A DNA stretch of 43,930 bases, taken from NCBI GenBank assembly GCA_965648915.1, contig CBFGIV010000016.1:1-43930 (forward strand), written 5' to 3'. The notes under the pieces are model-generated. The model was not told the DNA's origin. It worked only from the letters and a program-made list of their open reading frames with translations, and did no database searches. The position numbers were made by a program, and so were the translations under genes. This document shows positions 8,273 to 16,887 of the stretch, in pieces (position 1 is the stretch's first letter; each line of letters opens with the position of its first letter). Origin of the DNA: a candidate division WOR-3 bacterium (GTDB lineage Bacteria > Hydrothermota > Tepidihabitantia > SM23-42 > CAYGYG01).

Positions 8273-9280
8273 ATGAAAAATCTGATCGGCTATACCTGTT
8301 CTTATATCCCGGTTGAACTTTTATCAGCGACCGGTTATAAACCCTATCGATTGCTCCACGGCGATATTAGACTTTCATCAATTAGTGAGGTGTTCGTGCG
8401 GACCGATGCCTGCCCGCTGGTTAAGTCGAACCTTGGTTTTATTGCCGAGCATAAAGAGGAGTTTGTAGCCATAGTCGGGGCAACCGGTTGTGATATGGGG
8501 CGAAGGATGATTGATATCGTAAGTGAAATAACCGACCTCCCGGTTTTTCTATTAAACAACCCCCGTACCGATAAGCGGGAGATCTTTGATGATGAGATCG
8601 ACTGGTTGGCAAAAGAACTTGAACAGTTGTCCCGGATAAAATTTACCGAACGCTTGATTGAAGTTGAGATTGAGAAATGGGAGCGAGCAAGAGCATTATT
8701 GAGAGAAGTCGACAGAAAGCGTGCACAAAATCCATCGCAGGCGGCGACGACCGATTTTCATAAGATATTGATAAAATACTATCAAGGTGATATTGAAGGG
8801 ATCGAGACGACAATCAGAACAGTCACTTCAGATAAACCAAGAGTTTATTTAATCGGCGCACCTGTTTCTTATGAGATCAATTATTTTTTGGAGCTGGTTG
8901 AATATTATTTGAGAATCGTTGGCGATTTTAACTGTGGTCTTTCTCGAATTCTTAACCTCAATATTAAAGAGAAGAACCTCAAAGGGATTAAGGATGCTTA
9001 TTATCATCAGCCGTCTTGTATCTTTAAAAGGACTAATATGCCCTTCTACGATTTTATCAAGACCGAGGTAAAGCGGCTGGCTTGCTCTGGTATTATTGCC
9101 TGGTCGCTCGACTTTTGTGATAATTATGAATTTGCCATGGCTGGCTTTGAAGCAAAAATTGATCTACCGGTGTTGAAACTGCGTGGTGATTATTCACTGC
9201 AGAATCTGAGCCAACTTAAGACCAGGATTAATGCCTTTGCTGAGATGCTGAGAGACAGACGACCTAAACAGGGGACTTAA
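8273..9280 (+). CDS. 2-hydroxyacyl-CoA dehydratase (HgdD) family subunit with six-Cys double-cubane-like pattern
   Basis: GYTCSYIPVEL, DACPLVKS, TGCD, DFNCG, PSC, DFCD, QLKTRINAFAEM; ATG 1 nt after the RACo stop. Confidence 0.85.
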   Translation: MKNLIGYTCSYIPVELLSATGYKPYRLLHGDIRLSSISEVFVRTDACPLVKSNLGFIAEHKEEFVAIVGATGCDMGRRMIDIVSEITDLPVFLLNNPRTDKREIFDDEIDWLAKELEQLSRIKFTERLIEVEIEKWERARALLREVDRKRAQNPSQAATTDFHKILIKYYQGDIEGIETTIRTVTSDKPRVYLIGAPVSYEINYFLELVEYYLRIVGDFNCGLSRILNLNIKEKNLKGIKDAYYHQPSCIFKRTNMPFYDFIKTEVKRLACSGIIAWSLDFCDNYEFAMAGFEAKIDLPVLKLRGDYSLQNLSQLKTRINAFAEMLRDRRPKQGT

Positions 9281-9305
9281 ATTTCTCATTGCTCAAGGGC
9301 AATTT

Positions 9306-10742
9306 ATGCTTAACGATCCGGAACCTAAGAGAATCACGCTGGTTGAGTGGAGCGAACAATTTAAAAAAATCGATGAGCATACAATTAAAAGATTTACCTA
9401 TTATAACAATCCCCAGTGGGGTATCTATCTCTCACCGCCGGCAACTTTTATGGTCTATGGCGCACGAGAATTGAAAAGGTTAAAATTTGACAATTCTCTC
9501 GCTGCTTTAAGGATGTGGGGTTTTGTCTTTAATGAATCAGAAAGACTCTTTCGAGCAAAACAGATTGGTAAAAGAGTTATTGCCACAATGGGTGACCTGG
9601 GTATAGTTCCAACCATCATTATGGCCTTTCCTGATTGTGTTCCTTTCTATCCCGAATGTATCTGGTGGACGCCATTTTTCAGGGAATCGAAAGACCTGCT
9701 CAACACTGCAACAATGCTCGGTGCCCCAGAAGCGGCCTGCTTTGTCCGTGCTGCGCTGGCATCCTTTTTCAAAAAAGCCTACTTTCCCCGACCCGATCTG
9801 CTCATTGGTGCAACCGGCGCCTCCTGTGATGACTACTCCTGTGTTATGCAATTGGTGGAAGATCTGGGATATGATATCTTCTGGGTTGAGATACCCCTGC
9901 GTAAATCTCCATCTTCATTCACCTTTATGGCCAAGGGCGCGCAGTTTGAAGCCAACAAAAAAGACAGGCGCAGTGATATTTATGAGAATACTGCTTATAA
10001 TATTTTTTATCACAAAAATGCCGAAAGGTATCTCATCAGTGAATACCAGCGCATCTGGGATAAGATGGTTGAATTAACAGGCGTTAATAATAAAGAGAAT
10101 CTAATGCTAAGTATCAAGAAGGCAAATCGGTTGAGGGAACTGATCGAGCGGATAAAGGATTTATGTGCTAATGCCCCGGTTGCTCCTTTCCCATCACTGG
10201 AACTGATGACGATTGAATTTGGTAACCTGTATGGCTATGCTGATTTTGATGAATGGATTGATATCATTGAAATGATCTATTCAACCGTGAGGGAAAGAGT
10301 AAATAATAATACGGGTGTACTCGATCGTGAGGCGATACCGATTGCGTGGGTCAGCCCTTCGGCCGACCCTTATATGTTAAATCTAATTGAAGATATGGGT
10401 TGTCGGGTCGTAGCCACTGAATATGTCATCAATCAGGCATTAGTCAAGATTGAAGAGGATATTGAACCAATCCCAGCTCTGGCCCGGGCATTTTTGAATG
10501 CATCTCTAATCGGCTCGACTCGAGAACGAGTAAGAAGGCTTCAAGAGAAGATTGACGCCGGATTGATTCGCGGTGTCCTAATCACAAATTCCTTTGGTGC
10601 TTCCCATTGTGCAATGGAGACGAGATTGATTGAGAAGATGTTGGGTAAGGTGCCGGTCCTCGCCATCGATATTCCTGAGCCATTTGGTATTGGTGAGCAG
10701 ATTCGAACCCGACTCGAAGCATTTGTGGAAATGATAAGATGA
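9306..10742 (+). CDS. 2-hydroxyacyl-CoA dehydratase/benzoyl-CoA reductase family subunit (single-cubane type)
   Basis: FYPE, AACFVR, ASCDD, SHC, QIRTRLEAFVEM C-terminus. Confidence 0.8.
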   Translation: MLNDPEPKRITLVEWSEQFKKIDEHTIKRFTYYNNPQWGIYLSPPATFMVYGARELKRLKFDNSLAALRMWGFVFNESERLFRAKQIGKRVIATMGDLGIVPTIIMAFPDCVPFYPECIWWTPFFRESKDLLNTATMLGAPEAACFVRAALASFFKKAYFPRPDLLIGATGASCDDYSCVMQLVEDLGYDIFWVEIPLRKSPSSFTFMAKGAQFEANKKDRRSDIYENTAYNIFYHKNAERYLISEYQRIWDKMVELTGVNNKENLMLSIKKANRLRELIERIKDLCANAPVAPFPSLELMTIEFGNLYGYADFDEWIDIIEMIYSTVRERVNNNTGVLDREAIPIAWVSPSADPYMLNLIEDMGCRVVATEYVINQALVKIEEDIEPIPALARAFLNASLIGSTRERVRRLQEKIDAGLIRGVLITNSFGASHCAMETRLIEKMLGKVPVLAIDIPEPFGIGEQIRTRLEAFVEMIR

Positions 10743-10822
10743 AGCAAATCCTATGTTATAACTCGGAATTCGCTACAGATTTTAAATTGGTAATTCTAAT
10801 TTTTCACATTTAATTGTTTGAT

Positions 10823-11854
10823 ATGAACGATATCCTTACCCCCCGGGAAAGATTTGGACTACTGGTGATCGATGAAAAGCCAGACCGGTGTAATGTAATT
10901 CCCTTAATCACTTCGCATGCCGCAACCGTTGCGGATGTATCATTAAGAAAATATTATACCGAAGGTGAAGTGATGGCCCGGGCACAGATTGCGGCGATCG
11001 ATGAGTATGGGCACGATGCAATCTCGATCTTTTCTGAAGTCGGTATTATTGCTGAGGCGATGGGTTCAGAATTCATCTATCCTGAAGATGATCTACCGGT
11101 CTTAAAAGTTCCGGCCTTGCAGCGACTCAAAATCGAAGACTTAAAAATACCTGTACCGAAAAACGATCGACGCTTACCTGTCTATCTTGAAGCCATTGAT
11201 TACGCATATAAGGCAATCGGTGATATTGTACCAATTCTTGCCTATGTGCCTGCCCCGTTCACTTCCGGGATGATGCTTTCTGACCCGAATCAATTTCTGA
11301 TTAACACAATCAAAAACCGGGAACAGGTATCATTGATAATGGAAAAGGCATTGGCGGCAACGATCGAATTCTGTTATGAAATTATTGATGCCGGCGGCTT
11401 GCCGATTATCGTTGATCCATTGGCTTCATCGAGTGTTATAAGTCCCCGGACCTATAAGGAATTTGCTTTACCCTTTGAACAGGCGCTGATAAGATTTCTC
11501 CATCGATACGATTTTGATGTTATTCTTCATATCTGCGGGGATACGACGCCGATTCTTGAACTTCTGCCCGAGACCGGCGCCGATCTAATAAGTTTAGATC
11601 GGGTCGATCTATCCTTAATCTTAGAAAAATTGTCAGAAAAATTAAGGATTATCGGCAATTTTGATACGGCAAAGATGGCATTTGGTTCTCCCAGCTCAAT
11701 ATCAGAAGAAGTCAAGTTAATGGTAACAAAAGGGATCACTGCCCGTAAAGGATACATTGCGTCAACCGGCTGTGAGGTACCGATTAAATCACCGGTTGAA
11801 AATGTCAAGGCTTTTGTCTCGGCCGCCAAGCAGGTCGGTCAATACCTGGAATAA
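10823..11854 (+). CDS. UroD-family MtaA/CmuA-like Zn-dependent methyltransferase
   Basis: LTPRERF, AEAMG, APFT, DPLAS, HICG...STGCEVP; start ATG 10823 or TTG 10814. Confidence 0.9.
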   Translation: MNDILTPRERFGLLVIDEKPDRCNVIPLITSHAATVADVSLRKYYTEGEVMARAQIAAIDEYGHDAISIFSEVGIIAEAMGSEFIYPEDDLPVLKVPALQRLKIEDLKIPVPKNDRRLPVYLEAIDYAYKAIGDIVPILAYVPAPFTSGMMLSDPNQFLINTIKNREQVSLIMEKALAATIEFCYEIIDAGGLPIIVDPLASSSVISPRTYKEFALPFEQALIRFLHRYDFDVILHICGDTTPILELLPETGADLISLDRVDLSLILEKLSEKLRIIGNFDTAKMAFGSPSSISEEVKLMVTKGITARKGYIASTGCEVPIKSPVENVKAFVSAAKQVGQYLE

Positions 11855-11927
11855 ATGAGGCTGAGTAACTAATTGCACTAAATATCAATATACGGCTTTA
11901 AGAAAATTTGTTAAACCTGTTGGGTGG

Positions 11928-11951
11928 TAGTAATCTTTTTAATAATTACTA
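11928..11951. promoter_or_regulatory. Palindromic candidate operator TAGTAAT-N10-ATTACTA
   Basis: Perfect 7-bp inverted repeat upstream of the ferritin-like gene cluster. Confidence 0.35.
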
Positions 11952-12026
11952 TGTCTAAAAATAAGTATATAAGGTCTGGACGGGCATCAAGGCCAATGGT
12001 AGTAACTTAATAACAAGGAGTTAATT

Positions 12027-12536
12027 ATGGTAGATGATAAAATTGTGCAAGGTTTGAAGGTCGCTTTACAGACGGAACTCAACGGTATCGAGTTTTATAA
12101 AATGGCGGCAGATAAAACTGAAGATGCCAAGGGGAAAGAATCTTTTAAGATGCTTGCTGAAGATGAGATTAAGCATTTTAATGAATTACTCCGGCATTAT
12201 CAACATTTATTGAAAAACGATAAATGGCTTTCAAATATTAAATTAGGAGTACCGCCGAAATTTGCAGGTGAGAGCCCGATATTTACTGAAGAGATAAAAA
12301 AGCGCATTAAAGATAGGCACTTTGAGATGTCAGCGTTAAGTATTGGTGCACTGTTAGAAACAAACTCTATAGACTTCTATCGCAAGATGAAAGAAGAAGC
12401 TGATGACCCGATTGCCCGGGGACTCTTTGAAAAACTTCAGAAATGGGAAGAAGGGCATCTCGAGGCAATTACCAAACAACTGGATCTATTAAAGGAGGAA
12501 ATCTGGTCCGAAGCCCGGTTTGCCCCGTTATATTAG
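12027..12536 (+). CDS. Ferritin-like/rubrerythrin diiron domain protein
   Basis: E..G..FY, LAEDEIKH, E.NSIDFY, WEEGH; SD AGGAG. Confidence 0.88.
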   Translation: MVDDKIVQGLKVALQTELNGIEFYKMAADKTEDAKGKESFKMLAEDEIKHFNELLRHYQHLLKNDKWLSNIKLGVPPKFAGESPIFTEEIKKRIKDRHFEMSALSIGALLETNSIDFYRKMKEEADDPIARGLFEKLQKWEEGHLEAITKQLDLLKEEIWSEARFAPLY

Positions 12537-12639
12537 GTTGGGCGCTGTAAACCACTATTCGGCCAATGATGGTGTCCTGCCTGATAATATTTTTTGAAAG
12601 AATCAAGAGCATAAGTAGCAAAAAGTACAGGAGGTAGAA

Positions 12640-12807
12640 ATGAAGAAAACAAAGCAGAAAAAAATAAAGAAAGGCACAAAATATGTCTGCAGGGTTTGTG
12701 GTTTGAAGGTGACGGTGGATGGTGCTTGTGGTTGTGACGAAGTCCATCCCATCATCTGCTGCGGGAAAGAAATGTCGCCAGTAAGAAAGAAAACAACAAA
12801 GCGATAA
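12640..12807 (+). CDS. 55-aa desulforedoxin-like Cys-rich protein (not in ORF track)
   Basis: MKKTKQKKIKKGTKYVCRVCGLKVTVDGACGCDEVHPIICCGKEMSPVRKKTTKR; SD AGGAGG; stop overlaps the next SD. Confidence 0.8.
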   Translation: MKKTKQKKIKKGTKYVCRVCGLKVTVDGACGCDEVHPIICCGKEMSPVRKKTTKR

Positions 12808-12813
12808 GGAGGA

Positions 12814-13236
12814 ATGATGGCGTCAAAAGAACTGCTTGATTTGATGAATCGGGCGATTGCCCGAGAATTGCAAGTTGCCATTCAATATATGTGGCAACAT
12901 GTGCAGTGGGTAGGTGTAAAAGGGTTTGCAGTTAAGGATGAATTGAAAAAAATTGCTATAACTGAGATGAAACATGCTGAGGCAATTGCTGAAAGATTGA
13001 ACTATCTCGGAGGCAAACCAACGACAAAACCCGAACCAATTAATGTTGGAGTGACACTCAAAGAAATGATTGAACAGGATAAGAAAGACGAAGAGGGCGC
13101 AATAAAGCTCTATAAGGAAATAATCGAAAAGGCACATAAAGAAGGTGATGAGGTTTCGCGCAAATTATTTGAAAACATCCTTACCGACGAAGAAGAGCAT
13201 CATGATACATTCTCTACGCTACTTGAAGAGATTTAG
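12814..13236 (+). CDS. Bacterioferritin-like ferritin domain protein
   Basis: ELQVAIQY, EMKHAE, EEGAIKLY, DEEEH diiron motifs. Confidence 0.88.
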   Translation: MMASKELLDLMNRAIARELQVAIQYMWQHVQWVGVKGFAVKDELKKIAITEMKHAEAIAERLNYLGGKPTTKPEPINVGVTLKEMIEQDKKDEEGAIKLYKEIIEKAHKEGDEVSRKLFENILTDEEEHHDTFSTLLEEI

Positions 13237-13252
13237 GCCGACTCTTGTCCTG

Positions 13253-13281
13253 AGGAGGCGGGTTTTATCCGCCTCCTTTTT
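13253..13281 (+). terminator. Rho-independent terminator
   Basis: AGGAGGCGG/CCGCCTCCT stem followed by T run. Confidence 0.8.
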
Positions 13282-13333
13282 CATCTTAAAGTAACTGATT
13301 TATTATCTAATCGTCCCTTCATATGGATGTAAA

Positions 13334-13561
13334 ATGAAACCCAAGATCAGTGTTGATTGTGTTGGTCTTTTCTGTCCGCAACCGATTTTCCAGACCAGAC
13401 AGGCACTTGATAAACTGAATGCAGGTGATATTATTGAGTTGATTGCTGATGATCCAGCATCAGAAGAAGATATAAAGGCGTTCTGTAAAAGAACCGGTAA
13501 CGAATTAATTAAAATTAAAAAAGAAGGTAATATTTTAAAATTTTTAATTCGAAAGACATAA
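13334..13561 (+). CDS. tusA: TusA/SirA sulfur carrier
   Basis: DCVGLFCPQP, ADDPAS..DI..FC..TG. Confidence 0.9.
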   Translation: MKPKISVDCVGLFCPQPIFQTRQALDKLNAGDIIELIADDPASEEDIKAFCKRTGNELIKIKKEGNILKFLIRKT

Positions 13562-13566
13562 TAGAT

Positions 13567-13590
13567 GTAGCGTCCGACTTCAGCCGGACG
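13567..13590 (+). repeat. GTAG-type REP palindrome
   Basis: GTAG CGTCCG ACTTCAGC CGGACG. Confidence 0.6.
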
Positions 13591-13631
13591 ACAATTAGAT
13601 AAGAAAATAATACACGCCAAAAGGAGAAACT

Positions 13632-13994
13632 ATGGCTAAACCAAAATTTATCCTCTATGTCCAGACCTCTGACCTGCCCGAAAGGCAATACTCACCTCTG
13701 GTCCTGGCACAGACTGCCCGGGCAATGGATATTCCGGCGAAAATTTATTATCTTGGGATGGGTCTGAAGATCTTATTGCCCGGTGCTGCAGAAAAGATTA
13801 AACTCGGTACCTTCCCAAGCGTTGCTGAAATGATAAAGAAATCAATGGAAATGGGTGTAGAATTTTATGCCTGCGAGGCATCAAAGCAGATGTTAGGCTG
13901 GGAAAGGATTGAGCTGGTCCCCGGTGTGAAGATCGTCGGCGCTGGAACATTAAACGATTTAGCCCTGGATGCCGATGCGACAATGTGGTTTTGA
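13632..13994 (+). CDS. DsrE-family protein
   Basis: GVEFYACEAS, GVKIVGA; SD AGGAG. Confidence 0.85.
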   Translation: MAKPKFILYVQTSDLPERQYSPLVLAQTARAMDIPAKIYYLGMGLKILLPGAAEKIKLGTFPSVAEMIKKSMEMGVEFYACEASKQMLGWERIELVPGVKIVGAGTLNDLALDADATMWF

Positions 13995-14027
13995 AAAGGT
14001 TATTATTGATATATAGCGGGAGAAAAT

Positions 14028-14084
14028 GCAAACCTGAAGGTTTGCTCTACATTTTTTAATCGTTGGGCAAGGCTTTAGCCTTGC
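14028..14084. repeat. Inverted pair of GTAG-type REPs (BIME-like)
   Basis: Minus GTAGAGCAAACCTTCAGGTTTGC (14028-14050) and plus GTTGGGCAAGGCTTTAGCCTTGC (14062-14084). Confidence 0.6.
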
Positions 14085-14104
14085 ATAAAGAAAGAAGAAT
14101 TAGA

Positions 14105-16318
14105 ATGCCGGAAAAGAAGATCATAAAAGTCGGCGGAATGCACTGTGCAATGTGCGTGAGCACGGTAGAAGATTCCTTAAAGAATCTCGATGGCACAATT
14201 GATGTGGTGGTAAATCTGGCAACCGAAAAGGCTGCGGTCACTTACGATCCGGCAATCGTTAACATAAATAAGATAAAAAAGGCGATAGAAGATTCAGGGT
14301 ATCAGTTTCTCGGACTTGCTGAAGAAATTGATTTAAGAAAAGAGGAAGAATTAAGGCAGAAAGAGCTCAATGCAAAAAAACGCAAATTTATAATCGGTTT
14401 TATCATCGGTATTCCGCTGATGCTCTTGATGTATCTTCCAGTGCATCATATAAAATTTCCGATACATTATCTTTTGTTCCTCATTTCCACACCTACCTTC
14501 ATTTATATCAGTGCGCCTATCTTCAAAGCAGGATTCCAAGCATTGAGAAACAAATCTTTAAATATGGATGTGATGTATTCGATGGGCATTGGTGGGGCAT
14601 ACATTGCCAGCGTAATGGGAACATTTAATATAATTTTAAACAGGGAATTCTTATTTTATGAAACTGCTGTCCTGCTTGCTACATTTTTGACCCTGGGTCG
14701 GTATCTTGAGACAAGGGCAAAAGGAAAGACCTCTGATGCAATTAAAAAGTTAATTGGATTAAAACCAAAGTCGGCAATCGCTGTAAGGGATAATGTAGAA
14801 ACAGAAATTCCTATTGATGATGTTCAGATCGGTGACATAATACTCTCAAGGCCTGGAGAACTTATAGCAACGGATGGCGAGATTGTCGAAGGAATGGGTT
14901 CAATAGATGAATCAATGATCACCGGTGAGTCAATACCGGTATTAAAGAAAAAAGGTGATAGAGTAATCGGCGGTACAATCAACAAAAATGGCGTGATAAA
15001 ATTCCGTGCGACAAAAGTCGGTAAAGAGACATTATTATCTCAGATAATCAGACTTGTAGAAGAAGCACAGGGTTCAAAACCACCCGTACAGAAAATTGCA
15101 GATAGAGTAGTAAGTTATTTTATTCCGATTGTACTCGGTATTGCAATCCTTGCTTTCTCCCTCTGGTATTTTGCTTTTGGAGCGACATTACATTTTGCAT
15201 TGAGTATTCTGATTTCTATTCTGGTCGTTGCCTGTCCCTGTGCCCTGGGTCTTGCTACACCGACTGCGGTAACCGTAGGCATTGGCAGGGGTGCAGAATT
15301 GGGGATCTTGATCAAAAATGGTGAAGCATTGGAGATTACTGAAAGAATTACAACCGTGGTTTTTGATAAAACCGGAACACTAACCATGGGAACACCGGAA
15401 GTAACTGAGATAATTGAGAGCAGCGAGGAGAGATTAGAGAGCGGAGAGAAAAAAGCTTTAAAAATTGCTGCATCACTTGAAAAGAATTCCCTCCATCCTC
15501 TTGCCGAGGCAATTGTGCATAAGGCAAAAGAGATGAAGGTTGAATTGCTTGAGACTCATAATACAGAAACAATAGAAGGTAAAGGAATTAAAGGGGTTAT
15601 TGAAGATAAATTTGCTATCGTTGGTAGCAAAAATTTTCTTGAAGAGAATGGTATCGTGATACCTGAAATAATATTGAAGAAACTCCAGGAACTTGAAACT
15701 AAGGGCAGAACATTGGTTGCGGTAGGGTATGATAAAAAATTTGTCGGAGTTATTGCAATCGCTGATACAACAAAACCCGAAGCAAAGGATGCGATAAATC
15801 TTTTAAGAAAGATGAACCTCAAACCGGTAATGATAACCGGTGATAATAAGCAAACAGCCCGGTCAATTGCAAATGAACTCGGAATTGAAAGATTTATTGC
15901 TGAAGTCCTGCCCAGAGACAAATCAGACGAGATAAAAAAATTACAAAAAAATGGTGAAGTTGTAGCATTCGTTGGCGATGGTATAAATGATGCACCAGCA
16001 CTTGCCCAATCAGATCTGGGCATTGCTGTTGGTAGTGGCACAGATATCGCAATAGAGAGTGGTGATATGGTATTAGTAAAAAACAAAATTACGGATGTTG
16101 TGGCAGCCATTCAACTGGCAAGAAAGGTAATGTCGAGGATAAAACAGAATCTCTTCTGGGCATTTTTCTATAATTTGATTCTCATTCCGGTGGCTGCGGG
16201 TATTCTGTATCCATTTTTTAAAATAACCTTCAAACCCGAATTTGCCGGTCTGGCAATGGCAGTGAGCTCGGTAACGGTTGTGAGTTTGTCATTGATGTTG
16301 AAGAAATATAAACCGTAA
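14105..16318 (+). CDS. copA: Cu(I)-exporting P1B-type ATPase
   Basis: GMHCAMC HMA domain, TGES, CPC, DKTGT, HP, GDGINDAP, YN and MAVSS; start moved to ATG 14105 because 14063 lies in a REP. Confidence 0.95.
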   Translation: MPEKKIIKVGGMHCAMCVSTVEDSLKNLDGTIDVVVNLATEKAAVTYDPAIVNINKIKKAIEDSGYQFLGLAEEIDLRKEEELRQKELNAKKRKFIIGFIIGIPLMLLMYLPVHHIKFPIHYLLFLISTPTFIYISAPIFKAGFQALRNKSLNMDVMYSMGIGGAYIASVMGTFNIILNREFLFYETAVLLATFLTLGRYLETRAKGKTSDAIKKLIGLKPKSAIAVRDNVETEIPIDDVQIGDIILSRPGELIATDGEIVEGMGSIDESMITGESIPVLKKKGDRVIGGTINKNGVIKFRATKVGKETLLSQIIRLVEEAQGSKPPVQKIADRVVSYFIPIVLGIAILAFSLWYFAFGATLHFALSILISILVVACPCALGLATPTAVTVGIGRGAELGILIKNGEALEITERITTVVFDKTGTLTMGTPEVTEIIESSEERLESGEKKALKIAASLEKNSLHPLAEAIVHKAKEMKVELLETHNTETIEGKGIKGVIEDKFAIVGSKNFLEENGIVIPEIILKKLQELETKGRTLVAVGYDKKFVGVIAIADTTKPEAKDAINLLRKMNLKPVMITGDNKQTARSIANELGIERFIAEVLPRDKSDEIKKLQKNGEVVAFVGDGINDAPALAQSDLGIAVGSGTDIAIESGDMVLVKNKITDVVAAIQLARKVMSRIKQNLFWAFFYNLILIPVAAGILYPFFKITFKPEFAGLAMAVSSVTVVSLSLMLKKYKP

Positions 16319-16502
16319 GTGAAGGAATATGGTTAGAAGGCTAAGATTGGGATGTTGGTATGTGCATTTGGTTAAATAGTAATTGCTTTGATCTTGGGAT
16401 TTGTTTAGGATTGGACAATTGGAAAAAATTATCTATGTTAAATCCGCACTTTTATCTGTGTGAATCTGCGGACTTTGTGCAGCAAAGCAAAAGGAGGTAA
16501 TT

Positions 16503-16664
16503 ATGGCAACAGATCCGGTCTGCAAGATGGTGGTCTCTGAGAAGACTGCAAAATGGACAACCGAATATAAGGGCAAGAAGTATTACTTCTGTGCCCCGGG
16601 ATGCAAGAAAGCATTTGAGGAAAATTCGGAAAAGTATTTGAAAGAAATGGAGGAAGAGAAGTAG
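16503..16664 (+). CDS. 53-aa YHS/TRASH domain metal-binding protein (not in ORF track)
   Basis: MATDPVCKMVV...YKGKKYYFCAPGCKKAFEENSEKYL; SD AGGAGG. Confidence 0.92.
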   Translation: MATDPVCKMVVSEKTAKWTTEYKGKKYYFCAPGCKKAFEENSEKYLKEMEEEK

Positions 16665-16887
16665 AAGACCGGCAAATGGTTATTGGGTTGGGATGCTGGA
16701 TATTTTAAAGTCCAAAATGCCTAAAACACCTAAAAAAGCAGATTTGCTGGAACTGCAGAAAAGCCGAGTGGTTAATAGGCATGGTTAATGTCGTTAATAT
16801 CCTTTCCAATCCGCAATTCGAAATCCGAAATGTTATTTTTGTAATTTGGGGCCTGAGATTTGGAATTTATTAAAAAAGGAGGTCAAA

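Noticed and set aside
12537..12600. Fluoride-riboswitch-like string GGCCAATGATGGTGTCCTGCC
   Set aside because: The downstream CTGATGAC pseudoknot half is missing and the downstream genes are not fluoride-related
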